NCBI GenBank assembly: GCA_963716985.1
Contig: OY970323.1
Coordinates: 992,001 to 1,056,000 of the forward strand
Reading direction: 5' to 3'
DNA from: an uncultured bacterium
GTDB taxonomy: Bacteria > Chlamydiota > Chlamydiia > Chlamydiales > SM23-39
Length of the DNA stretch: 64,000 nt
Under the pieces are notes generated by a model. The model made no database searches. It saw nothing but the letters and a program-made list of their open reading frames with translations, and was not told the origin of the DNA. Numbering within the stretch: position 1 is the first letter of the stretch; each line of letters starts with the position of its first letter. Both the position numbers and the translations under genes were made by a program. Below, one piece after another: positions 41,761 through 51,668 of the stretch.

Positions 41761-42549
41761 TCAAAGTTTTGCGAAAATTTCATCGATCAAGGAATCTGCA
41801 ATCATATTCAGGATCGGCTCGGCCACGCACTCGGGAAGGAAGGGCACTTCTACTTTACTGATGATCAGGCTGATGAGATTTTTTGTGATATCTGCTCTTT
41901 CAGCGCTCGTCAAACTTTCGAATTGATTGCCGAATTTGACGCCCATTTCCACCAGGTAAGCGACATATTTCCAATGAAACCCTCCTTTAAAATCTTGGAT
42001 GATTGCGTCGACGGCTTTTGTGATCGCCGCATGGTCGGGCGCACCTTCGGTTGTTTGCGGCGGTAGATAGATGTCCATGGAGTCGGGAACGAGTATGTTG
42101 ATCAGATGTTCGGCCAGAGTTTTGTAAATGGGATGGGAGAAAGATTTAGGAAGAAGGTGGTCTTCCATCTTGTCGATGGCTCTGTCGAGAATTTGCGTTG
42201 AGTAGCATCGTTTCTGTTCCACGGTCAGTTCGAAAAACTGATCTAAAAACTCAAGCTCGATTCTGATCATCGCCGGAATATCTGCCCACTGAAATCCCGC
42301 TGCGAAAATCCTTTTGATTTCGCCGACATATTTTTGGATGTCCTGATCTGAGGGAAGAAGAGGTGCTTTGATAGCAGAAGAATCGGTTGATCGAAGGACA
42401 TAGGCGGGTGTGTTTTCTTCTGCAGCACTCTGGCAAGCGCAGAGGATGTAAGCTGGGCGTTTTTCTTCTATGGCGGGAAATGCCGCTTCATGGGGAACAA
42501 AATCAACCATGGGATCCTTCTTGGTAAGGAAATGTTTTAAACGGCCCAT
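41761..42549 (-). CDS. Hypothetical protein with internal duplication of about 90 aa
   Basis: GFQWAD...LT.EQK...LP...PI vs GFHWKY...LT.AER...LP...PI; start uncertain. Confidence 0.65.
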   Translation of the reverse strand: MGRLKHFLTKKDPMVDFVPHEAAFPAIEEKRPAYILCACQSAAEENTPAYVLRSTDSSAIKAPLLPSDQDIQKYVGEIKRIFAAGFQWADIPAMIRIELEFLDQFFELTVEQKRCYSTQILDRAIDKMEDHLLPKSFSHPIYKTLAEHLINILVPDSMDIYLPPQTTEGAPDHAAITKAVDAIIQDFKGGFHWKYVAYLVEMGVKFGNQFESLTSAERADITKNLISLIISKVEVPFLPECVAEPILNMIADSLIDEIFAKL

Positions 42550-42779
42550 AGGATAAGTTTTTTTTCTTCTAATTGGCAAGCAAGAATGGTCCGAGTGCTT
42601 CAAAAAGGAAAAAAGATATTCTCTTGATCCTGAATGCACCCTTAAGACGCTTTTGGATTGCCGCGGAACGGAAGAAGATTTCCCTCTATCAAAAGGAGCT
42701 GCAAAGTGAGAAAACGAGTCTTTTTCTTGAGGAAAAGTGAAATTTCCGACAAAATAAACGAGTTAACATTTGTATTTCG

Positions 42780-43487
42780 ATGAACAAGGGTCTTTTTATT
42801 TCTAAGGTTGGTGGAATCGTTAAGGAAGGGCTGTCCTTTCCTTTGACCTATTTTTTGTCCCTTTTCCCGTACGAGCTTTCCTGGCAAGGAAAGGGAACGC
42901 CTCTTTTACTGATTCATGGATATCTGAATTCGAGCCTTGTCTGGTTTTACCATGGCAGACGTTTTCAGAAAAATGGACTCGGCCCCGTCTATACGGTCTT
43001 GCTCGGCAAGCCCTTTTCATCGATTCGGGAATATGCCAAGAAGGTAGAGGAAAAAGTAGCGCACATCCAAAATGCGACCGGGAAAAATGACCTGATTTTG
43101 GTCGGACATTCTATGGGCGGGATTGTCGCGGCCTATTATGCTTTGAAACTGGCCAAAAAGACCAATGTCAAAGCGGTCCTTACCATGGGCTCTCCCTTTC
43201 ATGGGACAAAAGTGGCAAAGATTGCTTTTGGCGAATGTGCTCATGAAATGGCCCCCTCATCGATTCTGTTAAATGAAATTGCAGAAGAGAGGAGAAGAAA
43301 GCCCAACATTCCCTTCTATTGCATTGCCACTTCGCTCGATCATATCGTTGTGCCTCCCTCCTCTGCGCTGATGGGAGAAGATCCTCATAATGAAATTGTT
43401 CTAGACTCTTGCGGCCATTCTTCTCTGCTTTTTTCTAAAGAGGCGAATAAAAAAATGGTCGAGTGGTCCTCTATGTACAAGGATTAA
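42780..43487 (+). CDS. Alpha/beta hydrolase (lipase-like)
   Basis: LIHGY, GHSMGG nucleophile elbow, GSPFHGT, D..V.P, GH. Confidence 0.9.
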   Translation: MNKGLFISKVGGIVKEGLSFPLTYFLSLFPYELSWQGKGTPLLLIHGYLNSSLVWFYHGRRFQKNGLGPVYTVLLGKPFSSIREYAKKVEEKVAHIQNATGKNDLILVGHSMGGIVAAYYALKLAKKTNVKAVLTMGSPFHGTKVAKIAFGECAHEMAPSSILLNEIAEERRRKPNIPFYCIATSLDHIVVPPSSALMGEDPHNEIVLDSCGHSSLLFSKEANKKMVEWSSMYKD

Positions 43488-43491
43488 TCCG

Positions 43492-43965
43492 TCACTGGTT
43501 CTCGTTTTGCATGAATAGCTGATCTCCTTTGATGAGGAGATAGACGCCAATTTCATTGGCCGTTATCGTGACGGTTTTTTCCCGGCGATTGGCGGCAGGA
43601 TATTCGGCACGGGGATCTTGGATCTGCCATTGAAGGGAATAATCCCCCGGAGTGAGCCGCAAAAAGGTCGATCCTCTTCTTCCTGTCGGGTCCACGGGCT
43701 TTAAGGGAATGGTTTGCCCGGCAAAGGAGACCGATACAACGTGGCCATTTTCCTTTGTCACGTCATCCATCACCTCGATTTCGATACGTACTGCCGAGGA
43801 AAAATGTGCTTGCGGGGTCTCCAGGTAGGCCGCATTTTCGAGGATAAAAGGCTGCGAGGACTCCTTTTTCTTCCACCTCACGCCTCCGGCTAAAAATCCG
43901 CTATAAACTATAAAGAGGGAGATAAAAAAAACCCAAAGGGTTTTAAGCACATAACTTTTTTTCAT
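43492..43965 (-). CDS. Hypothetical membrane-anchored protein
   Basis: N-terminal TM, beta-rich C-terminus. Confidence 0.6.
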   Translation of the reverse strand: MKKSYVLKTLWVFFISLFIVYSGFLAGGVRWKKKESSQPFILENAAYLETPQAHFSSAVRIEIEVMDDVTKENGHVVSVSFAGQTIPLKPVDPTGRRGSTFLRLTPGDYSLQWQIQDPRAEYPAANRREKTVTITANEIGVYLLIKGDQLFMQNENQ

Positions 43966-44069
43966 ACAGGGGGACCGTTTTCTCCACAAATACTAAAGAG
44001 ATCGTTTTTTTCAAATAAAAATAAAAAAAAAATAAAAAAGAGCGGTTTAGCAAACCCAAGACAACATTC

Positions 44070-46232
44070 TTAAATAGAAGAGGACCATTGATTTAGGGAG
44101 CGTTCAAGGATGTTGAAGATTTTTTCTCTATCTTCCCTGTTTTTGGTTTTATAGATATAGCCCAGAGAAAAGGTATCGCTCACGTCAAGAGAGAAAGGGG
44201 TCAGGTCGATCGAGGGGACCTTCATGGAGGATATGGCAGAGGCAACAAACGCCTTAAAGGAGCTGTTGGAAGATGCGAGGCAGACAAGAAAATGGCATGT
44301 AAGATTTTTTGTCCGGATGGCAAAGATTCCTTCTTTTTCTTGGGTTGTTCGCAAAAGGAGAAGAAAGGTCTCTTTGAGGACAGATGCGGGAAGAATGCTT
44401 TGCATAATCGCAGGCTTGATGGAGTAGAAAAAGTTTTCCAAGAGAAACGAGCTTTTCTTTTCCCCATCTTCAAGAGAGGATTTTAACTCTTCCAGCGCTT
44501 GATTTTGCCTTAGGATCATGCCTCCGTTGAAATCGCGGAAGTTCCCGAGTACTTTCGAGAGTTTTTGCGTGACATACAAACGGGCCTTTTGGAGGTCGAG
44601 ACTATTGTCCTTTCGGAAAAAAGGCTCTTTGGACAGGGATATGCGAAAGATGTTTGCCTCCTTGGTATGCCTTTTCTTCAGCATGCCCACTTTTTTGATC
44701 TCCTCATGATCAAAATGCAGAAGGGTGTCGCAATAATGGAACAATTCTTTAATCGCCAGCGAGTCCTCTTTCAGCAGGCGGACGAGGATGACGACGAAGG
44801 AGAGATGGGCCTTGGTCTGTTTATCATAGGAAATGATCACTTGCGGGATATCGTTGACATATTTCAATTGTTTGCTCAAGAGAACGATATTGCGCAGGAT
44901 TTCTTCTTCATTTTGGGGCATGAAGATGGGGCTCATGATATTTTCAATGCGTTCCTTGCACTCGAAGGGGAGCTCCTTTTTGAGTTTTTTGAGCTCGTCG
45001 AGAGAAAAAGGCTTCTTGTTTTGTTTTTCGATTTCCAAATAGCAAAAGAGAAGAGAGTCTTCTCGGCGATCGATGATGAAGGAGTCTTTGACATATTGGG
45101 CCTCTTCCAGCAAGAAGCGCAGGGCCTGCAAAAAATGCTTTTTTTCAAAACGTTCGGTCTCATGGGAAAGGTTTAAGAGCAGCAGTATGCCCAAAACAGG
45201 CAAGGGCGTTTCTTTGCCAAGCTGTGTTTTGAGGATTTTTATGAAGATGTAGCGTTCATTTGGGTCCTTTTGTACATTCTTTTGTAAAATCTTCTGAAAG
45301 AGATATTGAAAACTGATGATGCGGCTGACGTGTTTCGGATCGCGGATCAAGGTGAATTTATCGCGAAAGAGTTGGCTTGCTCGATGGATAGCTTCAAAAA
45401 TACCCTCGTCGAAGGTTTTGGGCCTTTTGTCCATTAAATGGGAGAGGTTTTCCTTGATTTCGGAGAGTTTTTTTTCGGCAGAAAGGTGGACGAGAAAATG
45501 TTGCAGATGGTCAATAGAATCTTCTTTGTGGGGAAGCTGTTCGAGCAGAGAAGAGATGTTTTCCTGAATCAGGAATGAGGACTCTTCAAAGGAGAGCCGG
45601 CTCGAGGAAAGAATTTCTCCGGCCTGGTAGGCCGAGAGGATATTGAGTTTGAGCTCAGCCAAGAAATGGGGGAGTTTTTTCTGTACGAGCGCTCTCTCTT
45701 TTTCATCGCCAATCTGAATAAAGTATTCCTGCAAGAAAAAATCCTTATCTTCAAAGGGCAGAAAACGAAAGCGAAGCGAGCGATTGCCGCCAAGAGAGAT
45801 CTGCTTTCCGGGAATGAGCCATTTTGTGATCATTTCGGGCATGAATTTATTCAAGCTTTCCAGGTGTTTTCCAAAAGAGAGCAGCGCAAGAGAAAAGCAG
45901 CAGGGCGCTTTTGCGATCGGAGACGGCAGCAGAACGGGCAGATCCTCAAAAAACTTCAAAAGGCCCTCTTTTTGCGTATATTCGGCTGTCTTTTCGAAAA
46001 GCTCTTTGGGAAGCATGGTTTCCAAGAGGGCTTCCATGGACCGAATATATCCTTCCATCTGATGAGCCATTTGCGGCAGCGGCAGCAGGGGATGAATCTT
46101 CAGCCAGGAGTTTCTAAGAGAGGGAAATGTAGGGAGCATCATAAGAATTTTTCTTTGTGAATCTTTCTTATTTAGCCACTTTAACAATTTCTTTAAAGAA
46201 AATTGTGCGCGCTGGCCGAGATGCGAATCCAT
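44070..46232 (-). CDS. Conserved chlamydial hypothetical protein (720 aa)
   Basis: Long ORF with NEEEILRNIVLLSKQLKY and FRDFNGGMI motifs. Confidence 0.75.
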   Translation of the reverse strand: MDSHLGQRAQFSLKKLLKWLNKKDSQRKILMMLPTFPSLRNSWLKIHPLLPLPQMAHQMEGYIRSMEALLETMLPKELFEKTAEYTQKEGLLKFFEDLPVLLPSPIAKAPCCFSLALLSFGKHLESLNKFMPEMITKWLIPGKQISLGGNRSLRFRFLPFEDKDFFLQEYFIQIGDEKERALVQKKLPHFLAELKLNILSAYQAGEILSSSRLSFEESSFLIQENISSLLEQLPHKEDSIDHLQHFLVHLSAEKKLSEIKENLSHLMDKRPKTFDEGIFEAIHRASQLFRDKFTLIRDPKHVSRIISFQYLFQKILQKNVQKDPNERYIFIKILKTQLGKETPLPVLGILLLLNLSHETERFEKKHFLQALRFLLEEAQYVKDSFIIDRREDSLLFCYLEIEKQNKKPFSLDELKKLKKELPFECKERIENIMSPIFMPQNEEEILRNIVLLSKQLKYVNDIPQVIISYDKQTKAHLSFVVILVRLLKEDSLAIKELFHYCDTLLHFDHEEIKKVGMLKKRHTKEANIFRISLSKEPFFRKDNSLDLQKARLYVTQKLSKVLGNFRDFNGGMILRQNQALEELKSSLEDGEKKSSFLLENFFYSIKPAIMQSILPASVLKETFLLLLRTTQEKEGIFAIRTKNLTCHFLVCLASSNSSFKAFVASAISSMKVPSIDLTPFSLDVSDTFSLGYIYKTKNREDREKIFNILERSLNQWSSSI

Positions 46233-46241
46233 TCCTTTTGC

Positions 46242-46260
46242 GGGGGGGGGGGGGGGGGGG
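46242..46260. repeat. G19 homopolymer in divergent intergenic region
   Basis: 19 consecutive G. Confidence 0.9.
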
Positions 46261-46324
46261 CCGCGCTTTGTTCTTAGAAAAAAAATCCTCTCGTGCTATA
46301 AGCAAAAAAAGCAAGGGGAGTGTT

Positions 46325-46741
46325 ATGACCTATTTCAAGAGCCTTTTTTTCAATTTTCTAGCGATTTTCTTCGTCAACCACATGATTCCCGGGATCGATA
46401 TCTTGCATCCCACCAAGCTTCCGAATATTCAAGGAGATCTGATCTTTGCCTTTTCTTTGGGCCTTTTGCTCTCTCTCATCTTTCCTTTTTTCAAACTTTT
46501 CCGTCTCCATCCCGATCTGCTCAAGATTGGAGTTGCCAGTTTTTGCATCAGCTTTGTCTCTTACGCCGTGCTCAATTTTCTGCCGGTCGAGATCAAGGTG
46601 CAATCTTTTTCCGGCTATTTTTGGGGCGCATTCGTGGTTTTTTCCAGCAGTTTCCTGACCAACTTTCTTGAATGCAAACGATGTGCTTGTAAAGATGTTC
46701 CAAAGGATATTCCGGAAGAAAAAGATCCCTTTCAAAAATAG
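46325..46741 (+). CDS. Four-TM membrane protein (phage holin superfamily-like)
   Basis: Hydrophobic; IPGIDI and KVQSFSGYFWGAFV; GGGGAG RBS. Confidence 0.6.
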   Translation: MTYFKSLFFNFLAIFFVNHMIPGIDILHPTKLPNIQGDLIFAFSLGLLLSLIFPFFKLFRLHPDLLKIGVASFCISFVSYAVLNFLPVEIKVQSFSGYFWGAFVVFSSSFLTNFLECKRCACKDVPKDIPEEKDPFQK

Positions 46742-46956
46742 AATTTTTCCAGACCGGCAAAAAGCGCGCACTGCGTGAAGACAATTGGGGTGTGATGGTT
46801 TTTTTTCCTACGATCTTGAGGAGACATTCAGGATGCTTTGAAAGATATCGAGCGTACCTTGCCAAAGAAAAAAAATCTGCTCTTGTTGGCAAGCAATCTC
46901 TCAGCTCCCGCAACAGATGTTTCCACCAATACACAGCTCTTGAATAGACGGACACT

Positions 46957-48476
46957 TTAAATTTTTTCGGGCACGCCTTGCTGCGCAGTGAATTTTGCCA
47001 AAAGAACTTCGAAAGCCTGCGGCGTGCGCTCGACTTGTTTATAGTGGTCATTGCCATCATAAAAAATTAAAGTGCATTTAGACATTTCGAGTTTTTGATC
47101 AACCGGCCAGGTCATCGAAATGTTATAGCCTGTCCCATGCTTCTTTTCGTCATCTCTTGTCACAAGTGCGATCTGAATATCGGGGAAGATCCTTGCAACA
47201 ATATCGAAGAAAGGCTTGTCCAGCCAAATGCCCAACCTTTGGATATGGTCAGCATACCAAAGAATAAGATTCGCTTTTTCATCGGGATCAAAGCCAGCTT
47301 TCTTTTTGAGAACATCTTGGAGTTTATAGGAAATAACCCTAGGAGTTTCTCGAGCAACTATCCTGATCGCGTGCTCAACCCCGTCCATAAAATTGGAATC
47401 TTGAATAAGATCTTGGACGTGACTTAGCATGAAATCTACCACTTGGCGGCGTAGATCTTGTTGTGTTATTTGAATTCCAAGAGCATCCATCTGTCCAGAT
47501 ACTGCCCAAGCAGCGCAATTCCCGTCATGAGGCACATCTACGAGGTGAACTTTTTCTTGAAACTCCTCAAGGGGTTTTCCTGCAGCGGCATCAGGCAAAG
47601 GAGCTGGCGGCGCCGGGGCAGGAGAAGAATCGACGCTCATTGCTACAGGCGCTGCAGCCGCAGGGACGGGGACAACTGGAGGGGCGACAGGGACAGAGGT
47701 GCTTGGAGAAGAAGGGGGAAGATCTCTCCGGCTCTGCTGCCCAGAGAAAGCTTTAATACGTCGAAGCTTTTCCAATGCAACATCAACAGTGGGGCGTTTC
47801 GTATAATCCAGATTGAGCATTTCCATGATGAGAGTTGCAAGCATCTCGGCTGTCTCCTTTGAATCGTTCCTGAAGTACGCAGCGTCCATGATTGATCGGT
47901 ATACCGAGGATTGCTTTATAGTTTCCGCTTCATCTGGTATTGAAGAAGATGGGCCACCGGCTTTTTCGGGGTTCAATTCGCATGTAAAAGAAGGTTCAAT
48001 TTGCGACCAATTCTTTGAGTTTTTGAGGAAATCTCGGTCGAAAGGTGTGCCTACTATTTTTTGCATCCAAGCAAGCTGGGCGCCATCGATTTGTTCTCGC
48101 GTTTCCGATGATTTTCCCTCACCGAACTTCAATAATCTGTCTATAAAACTAGAATAAAAGTCCCTTCGTGTATAAAGTTGAACAAAATTTAGGGCAAGAG
48201 ACCAAATATCAATCGCAGGTGTAATTTCATCAATTGGTTTCTGTGGTATAGTGTCGGGATTTCCCCATAAAATAACTTCGGGAGCTCGATCGAATCTACA
48301 CTGAATCTGTTCATTGACGGGAGGAGTGCCCTTCTTAATTACTCCGCCATAATCAATCAAATGAACCTTTAAAACGACCTTTCCGCTCTCTTTTATCACC
48401 TTTTGTTTTATCGTAGCATTGGGCAGACGAACATCGGTGTGAGTGTACCCATGATGATGAATCTGTGCCAAAGCAG
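46957..48476 (-). pseudogene. Ser/Thr kinase C-lobe plus Pro-rich linker plus OTU deubiquitinase, 5'-truncated by an IS
   Basis: HTDVRLPN, LIDYG, RAPEV, IDIWSL; then VPHDGNCAAWAV...YDGNDHY (OTU Cys and His); N-lobe absent, IS end abuts at 48477. Confidence 0.8.
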
Positions 48477-49590
48477 CTGATCCTTATACACAAGTCAACA
48501 TCCACAACCTAAAAGCGCTCCCATTAACATGTCTTGCAATCGTTTATAACCCTTCCAAATTGTTTGCCACCCAGGCTCCCCATCTGATTTGCGCCCTATA
48601 AAACCCCCCATACGAGCCAGAGAACGCCAGAAATCTTTCACCGTTTTCAATTTCACCATCAGATGCCTTTCTATGAGCGTAATCCAAGGCTTGGGCACCT
48701 TTTCCTCGACCGGTGTTTCCGGAGACAACCGACATCGTTCTCTCATCGCTAAAAGTTGCGTTGCTATCACCCCAATCATTCCAAATAGTGCAAGAATTCG
48801 GCTCGCCTGTTTAAGCTGATTATCTTCGATTCGAAAGCCCGTTTTGACCGCCTTATGATAATCCTCTATAAGCCAGCGTCGGCGGTAGATTCTGACGATT
48901 CTTAGGGAGTCTTCTTGATTGTTGACAGGAAGATTCGTAACCAATAGCCATTCTAACCTGGGCCTATCGGGACACCACACTCGAATATACGTCACTTCTT
49001 CACCTGCTGAACCACCATTTCCTGGAGGAAACAATTTCGCTTTGACCCAAGTTATTTCCAGTGTCACTTCACCACCAAATTCTTCGCCTTTTGCTTTCAC
49101 ATACAGCGTGGATGTACACTTGGCTGTTTGTTGACGAATCCATGAAAAAAGACGTGTCTTCTCGCCATCAATCTCGACTTTGCGATCATGTCGCGCCCGC
49201 ACTACACATTTCCACCCCAGCCTATTTGCATTATTCAAAAAATCATAAATATCATTGGCGCGATCGCCAACGCTCACCCAGTTCTCCTGGGGACGTCCCA
49301 TTTTCTCTAACGTCCTCAGCCACACCTCAGATTCTTTCGAATCACTCGCCGATTTTTCTTCGGGACGCACCCAAGCCTCCTGGTAACCAAGTCCCAAAAT
49401 TTCGGTTTCTTCAGATTCATGATATTTGGCGACCAGGCATGAGTGAAACATGAGTCCATTTCCGTTACTGTCCGCGGTTGGTCCAAGTCCATGTGTCCAT
49501 GGATGGGAATTGAACAAAAGCTCTGAACCATCTTGAATAAATAGAACAAGCTGTTCCGACCAGCGCGCCTTTTCTAAGACTTGATCGTAT
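48477..49590 (-). mobile_element. IS4-family (IS50/Tn5-like) element, left end deleted
   Basis: End CTGATCCTTATACACAAGT (48477-48495) matches IS50 OE at 17 of 19 positions; transposase motifs LFIQDGSEL, VGDRANDI, YRRRWLIEDYHKAVKTG, ARMGGFIGRKSDGEPG; N-terminus missing. Confidence 0.9.
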
Positions 49591-51298
49591 GCAATGCTTC
49601 ATCAGCAGTGATGCGGGTTCGATAATCCACATCAAGCATTCTCTCGATAAGAGTTGCAAACGAGGCAGCTAGATCTGGTGGATCGGATTTTTCGCGGGCG
49701 ATATCCACGATTGATTGCCTTACAGTTCTCTGTTCATGGGGTGTTGGAGAAGGAACGGAACAACTTGGTGCAGGTGAAGCGGACTGCCCAGCTTGAGAAA
49801 ATGAAGCGCGATCTTCTTTGGGTTTCAAGTGAGGGGTAAAAAATTGTGCAATTCGCGACCAATTCTTCGATGTTATGAGAAAACTTTGATCGAAAGACTT
49901 TCCGACCATTTTTTGCATTTCAGCAAGCTGGTCGCTATCTATTTGTTCCCGACTTGGCGGTGAGTGATCTTGTTTTGCACTTAGCTGTTGGTACTTCAAA
50001 AATGATTTTAAGTTCTTCAAAAAATCTGCTGAATAAAATGGCAATGAATAAAGTTCAGCAAGATTTTGGCCAAGAGACCAAATATCAATTGCTGTTGTAA
50101 TTTCAGGAATTGGTTCCTTTGAATCAACGTAGGCGTTTCCCCATAAAATGACTTCGGGGGCTCGCTCGAACATGCGTTGCACCTCGCTAATGACCGGAGC
50201 TGTTCCCTCTTTAAATGAAATACTCCAATCAATTAGATGAACCCTTAGGACTTTCTGGCCTTTTTTTTGTTTTATCATAAGATTGGAATCACGAACATCG
50301 GCATGAACTATCCCAAGCCTATGAATCACAGACAAAGCATTTAAGCATTGTTTTGTAATTTCAAAAAAATCTTTGAGAGGAAGTATTTGCCTAGAACGAG
50401 CCAATTTTAAAATATGCTCTATTAAGGAAACTCCATAATAGGGAGATACATAACCGATAACCGATGACTCTGGTTTATACACTCCTAGAAGTTTTGGTAA
50501 CCCATGCTTTCGATACTCTTTTGTTATTTGCATGCGTGATATTTCTTCTGCAGCCACATTAGGACGGCTAAGGATTTTGACTACAACGTCTTTGAGTTTT
50601 CCTTTTTGTTCAAGCTGTATTTTGTAAACCCTGCCGTCCGATCCACATCCAATAGGTGGTTCTGTAAGCTCAAGTTTCGTAAAAACGGGGATCTCTCTTT
50701 TTTGGACCTCTTCCACACTCACTTCCATTGAATCGTCAGTTTTCTCTGAGGGAGGCAAGTTTTCAACTTTTCTGGTTGGTGTGGAATTTATGAAAATGGC
50801 CCTTCTTTGATAACGGATGAAGCAGCAAGCGGAGATCGAAAGCATGCTAAAGGAAAAAAATGTTATGCATTCAATTGTTTTCAGGTGAGATAAGAAATTT
50901 CTTACAATGCGATTATAGAAGGCCCATAGGTTCGGAACATTTGGGGGTATTGGGGGTATAGGAGGGTCGGGTGGTTGCGGTATACCTTTCCATAAATAAA
51001 TTCCTGCTACAACCACCGACACAGCAAAAATAAGCCAGGGCAATTTTGGGGCGGATTCCGATTTTTGAGGAGATGTTCGAGTGGCAAATTGATTTGGGTC
51101 GGAAATTTTTCTAAGTCCTATTGCAACACTGGCAACGCACAGAACAATGATAAAAGGTACAAAAATAGCAATACGATAAGCAAGAAGGGACCAGGAAGAG
51201 AGTTTTTTGGGGGACCAGATAGAATTTTTTGTTCGTTGAAGGTAGCTCTCTCTTGCATGGTAATGTGATGGACTGAATCGAGGCGATATTCTCATCAT
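49574..51298 (-). CDS. Membrane-anchored Ser/Thr protein kinase (C-terminus truncated at the IS junction)
   Basis: Three hydrophobic segments and a Pro-rich stretch; IGCGSDGRVY, VVVK, HADVRDSN, IDW, RAPEV, IDIWSLG, RITADEAL. Confidence 0.85.
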   Translation of the reverse strand: MMRISPRFSPSHYHARESYLQRTKNSIWSPKKLSSWSLLAYRIAIFVPFIIVLCVASVAIGLRKISDPNQFATRTSPQKSESAPKLPWLIFAVSVVVAGIYLWKGIPQPPDPPIPPIPPNVPNLWAFYNRIVRNFLSHLKTIECITFFSFSMLSISACCFIRYQRRAIFINSTPTRKVENLPPSEKTDDSMEVSVEEVQKREIPVFTKLELTEPPIGCGSDGRVYKIQLEQKGKLKDVVVKILSRPNVAAEEISRMQITKEYRKHGLPKLLGVYKPESSVIGYVSPYYGVSLIEHILKLARSRQILPLKDFFEITKQCLNALSVIHRLGIVHADVRDSNLMIKQKKGQKVLRVHLIDWSISFKEGTAPVISEVQRMFERAPEVILWGNAYVDSKEPIPEITTAIDIWSLGQNLAELYSLPFYSADFLKNLKSFLKYQQLSAKQDHSPPSREQIDSDQLAEMQKMVGKSFDQSFLITSKNWSRIAQFFTPHLKPKEDRASFSQAGQSASPAPSCSVPSPTPHEQRTVRQSIVDIAREKSDPPDLAASFATLIERMLDVDYRTRITADEALHTIKS

Positions 51299-51597
51299 TT
51301 TTTCTTTAACTTCCTTAGCTTAGAGCAAAAAATGCTGCTTAACTCCTGACTTCGGCTGATGCGGCGATAGCCTAAGTTTTTTTAATTTTAAACTAATTCA
51401 TTTCTATTTTTCCCATTGCAAGTTCTACCGGCGAATCTTTCAAGAAATTTTATCACGGAAGACAATTGCATGAAAGCTAAAAAAGCTTATGCAAAGATTA
51501 AAATAATTCAGCTTTGACGTAAGCAATGCTTTAAACCTATGCCTTTAAAGGAGAAAATTTTACACCCACCAAATAAAAATCATAATTCCTTCAAAAA

Positions 51598-51630
51598 ATT
51601 CCTCGAAGAGTTTTTCTCTCTTCGAGGAAT
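51598..51630 (-). terminator. Rho-independent terminator
   Basis: ATTCCTCGAAGAG...CTCTTCGAGGAAT 13-bp inverted repeat, T-run downstream on the minus strand. Confidence 0.7.
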
Positions 51631-51668
51631 CTGCGTGCTTTTAAAGAACCATCAACGTTCATTGCAAA

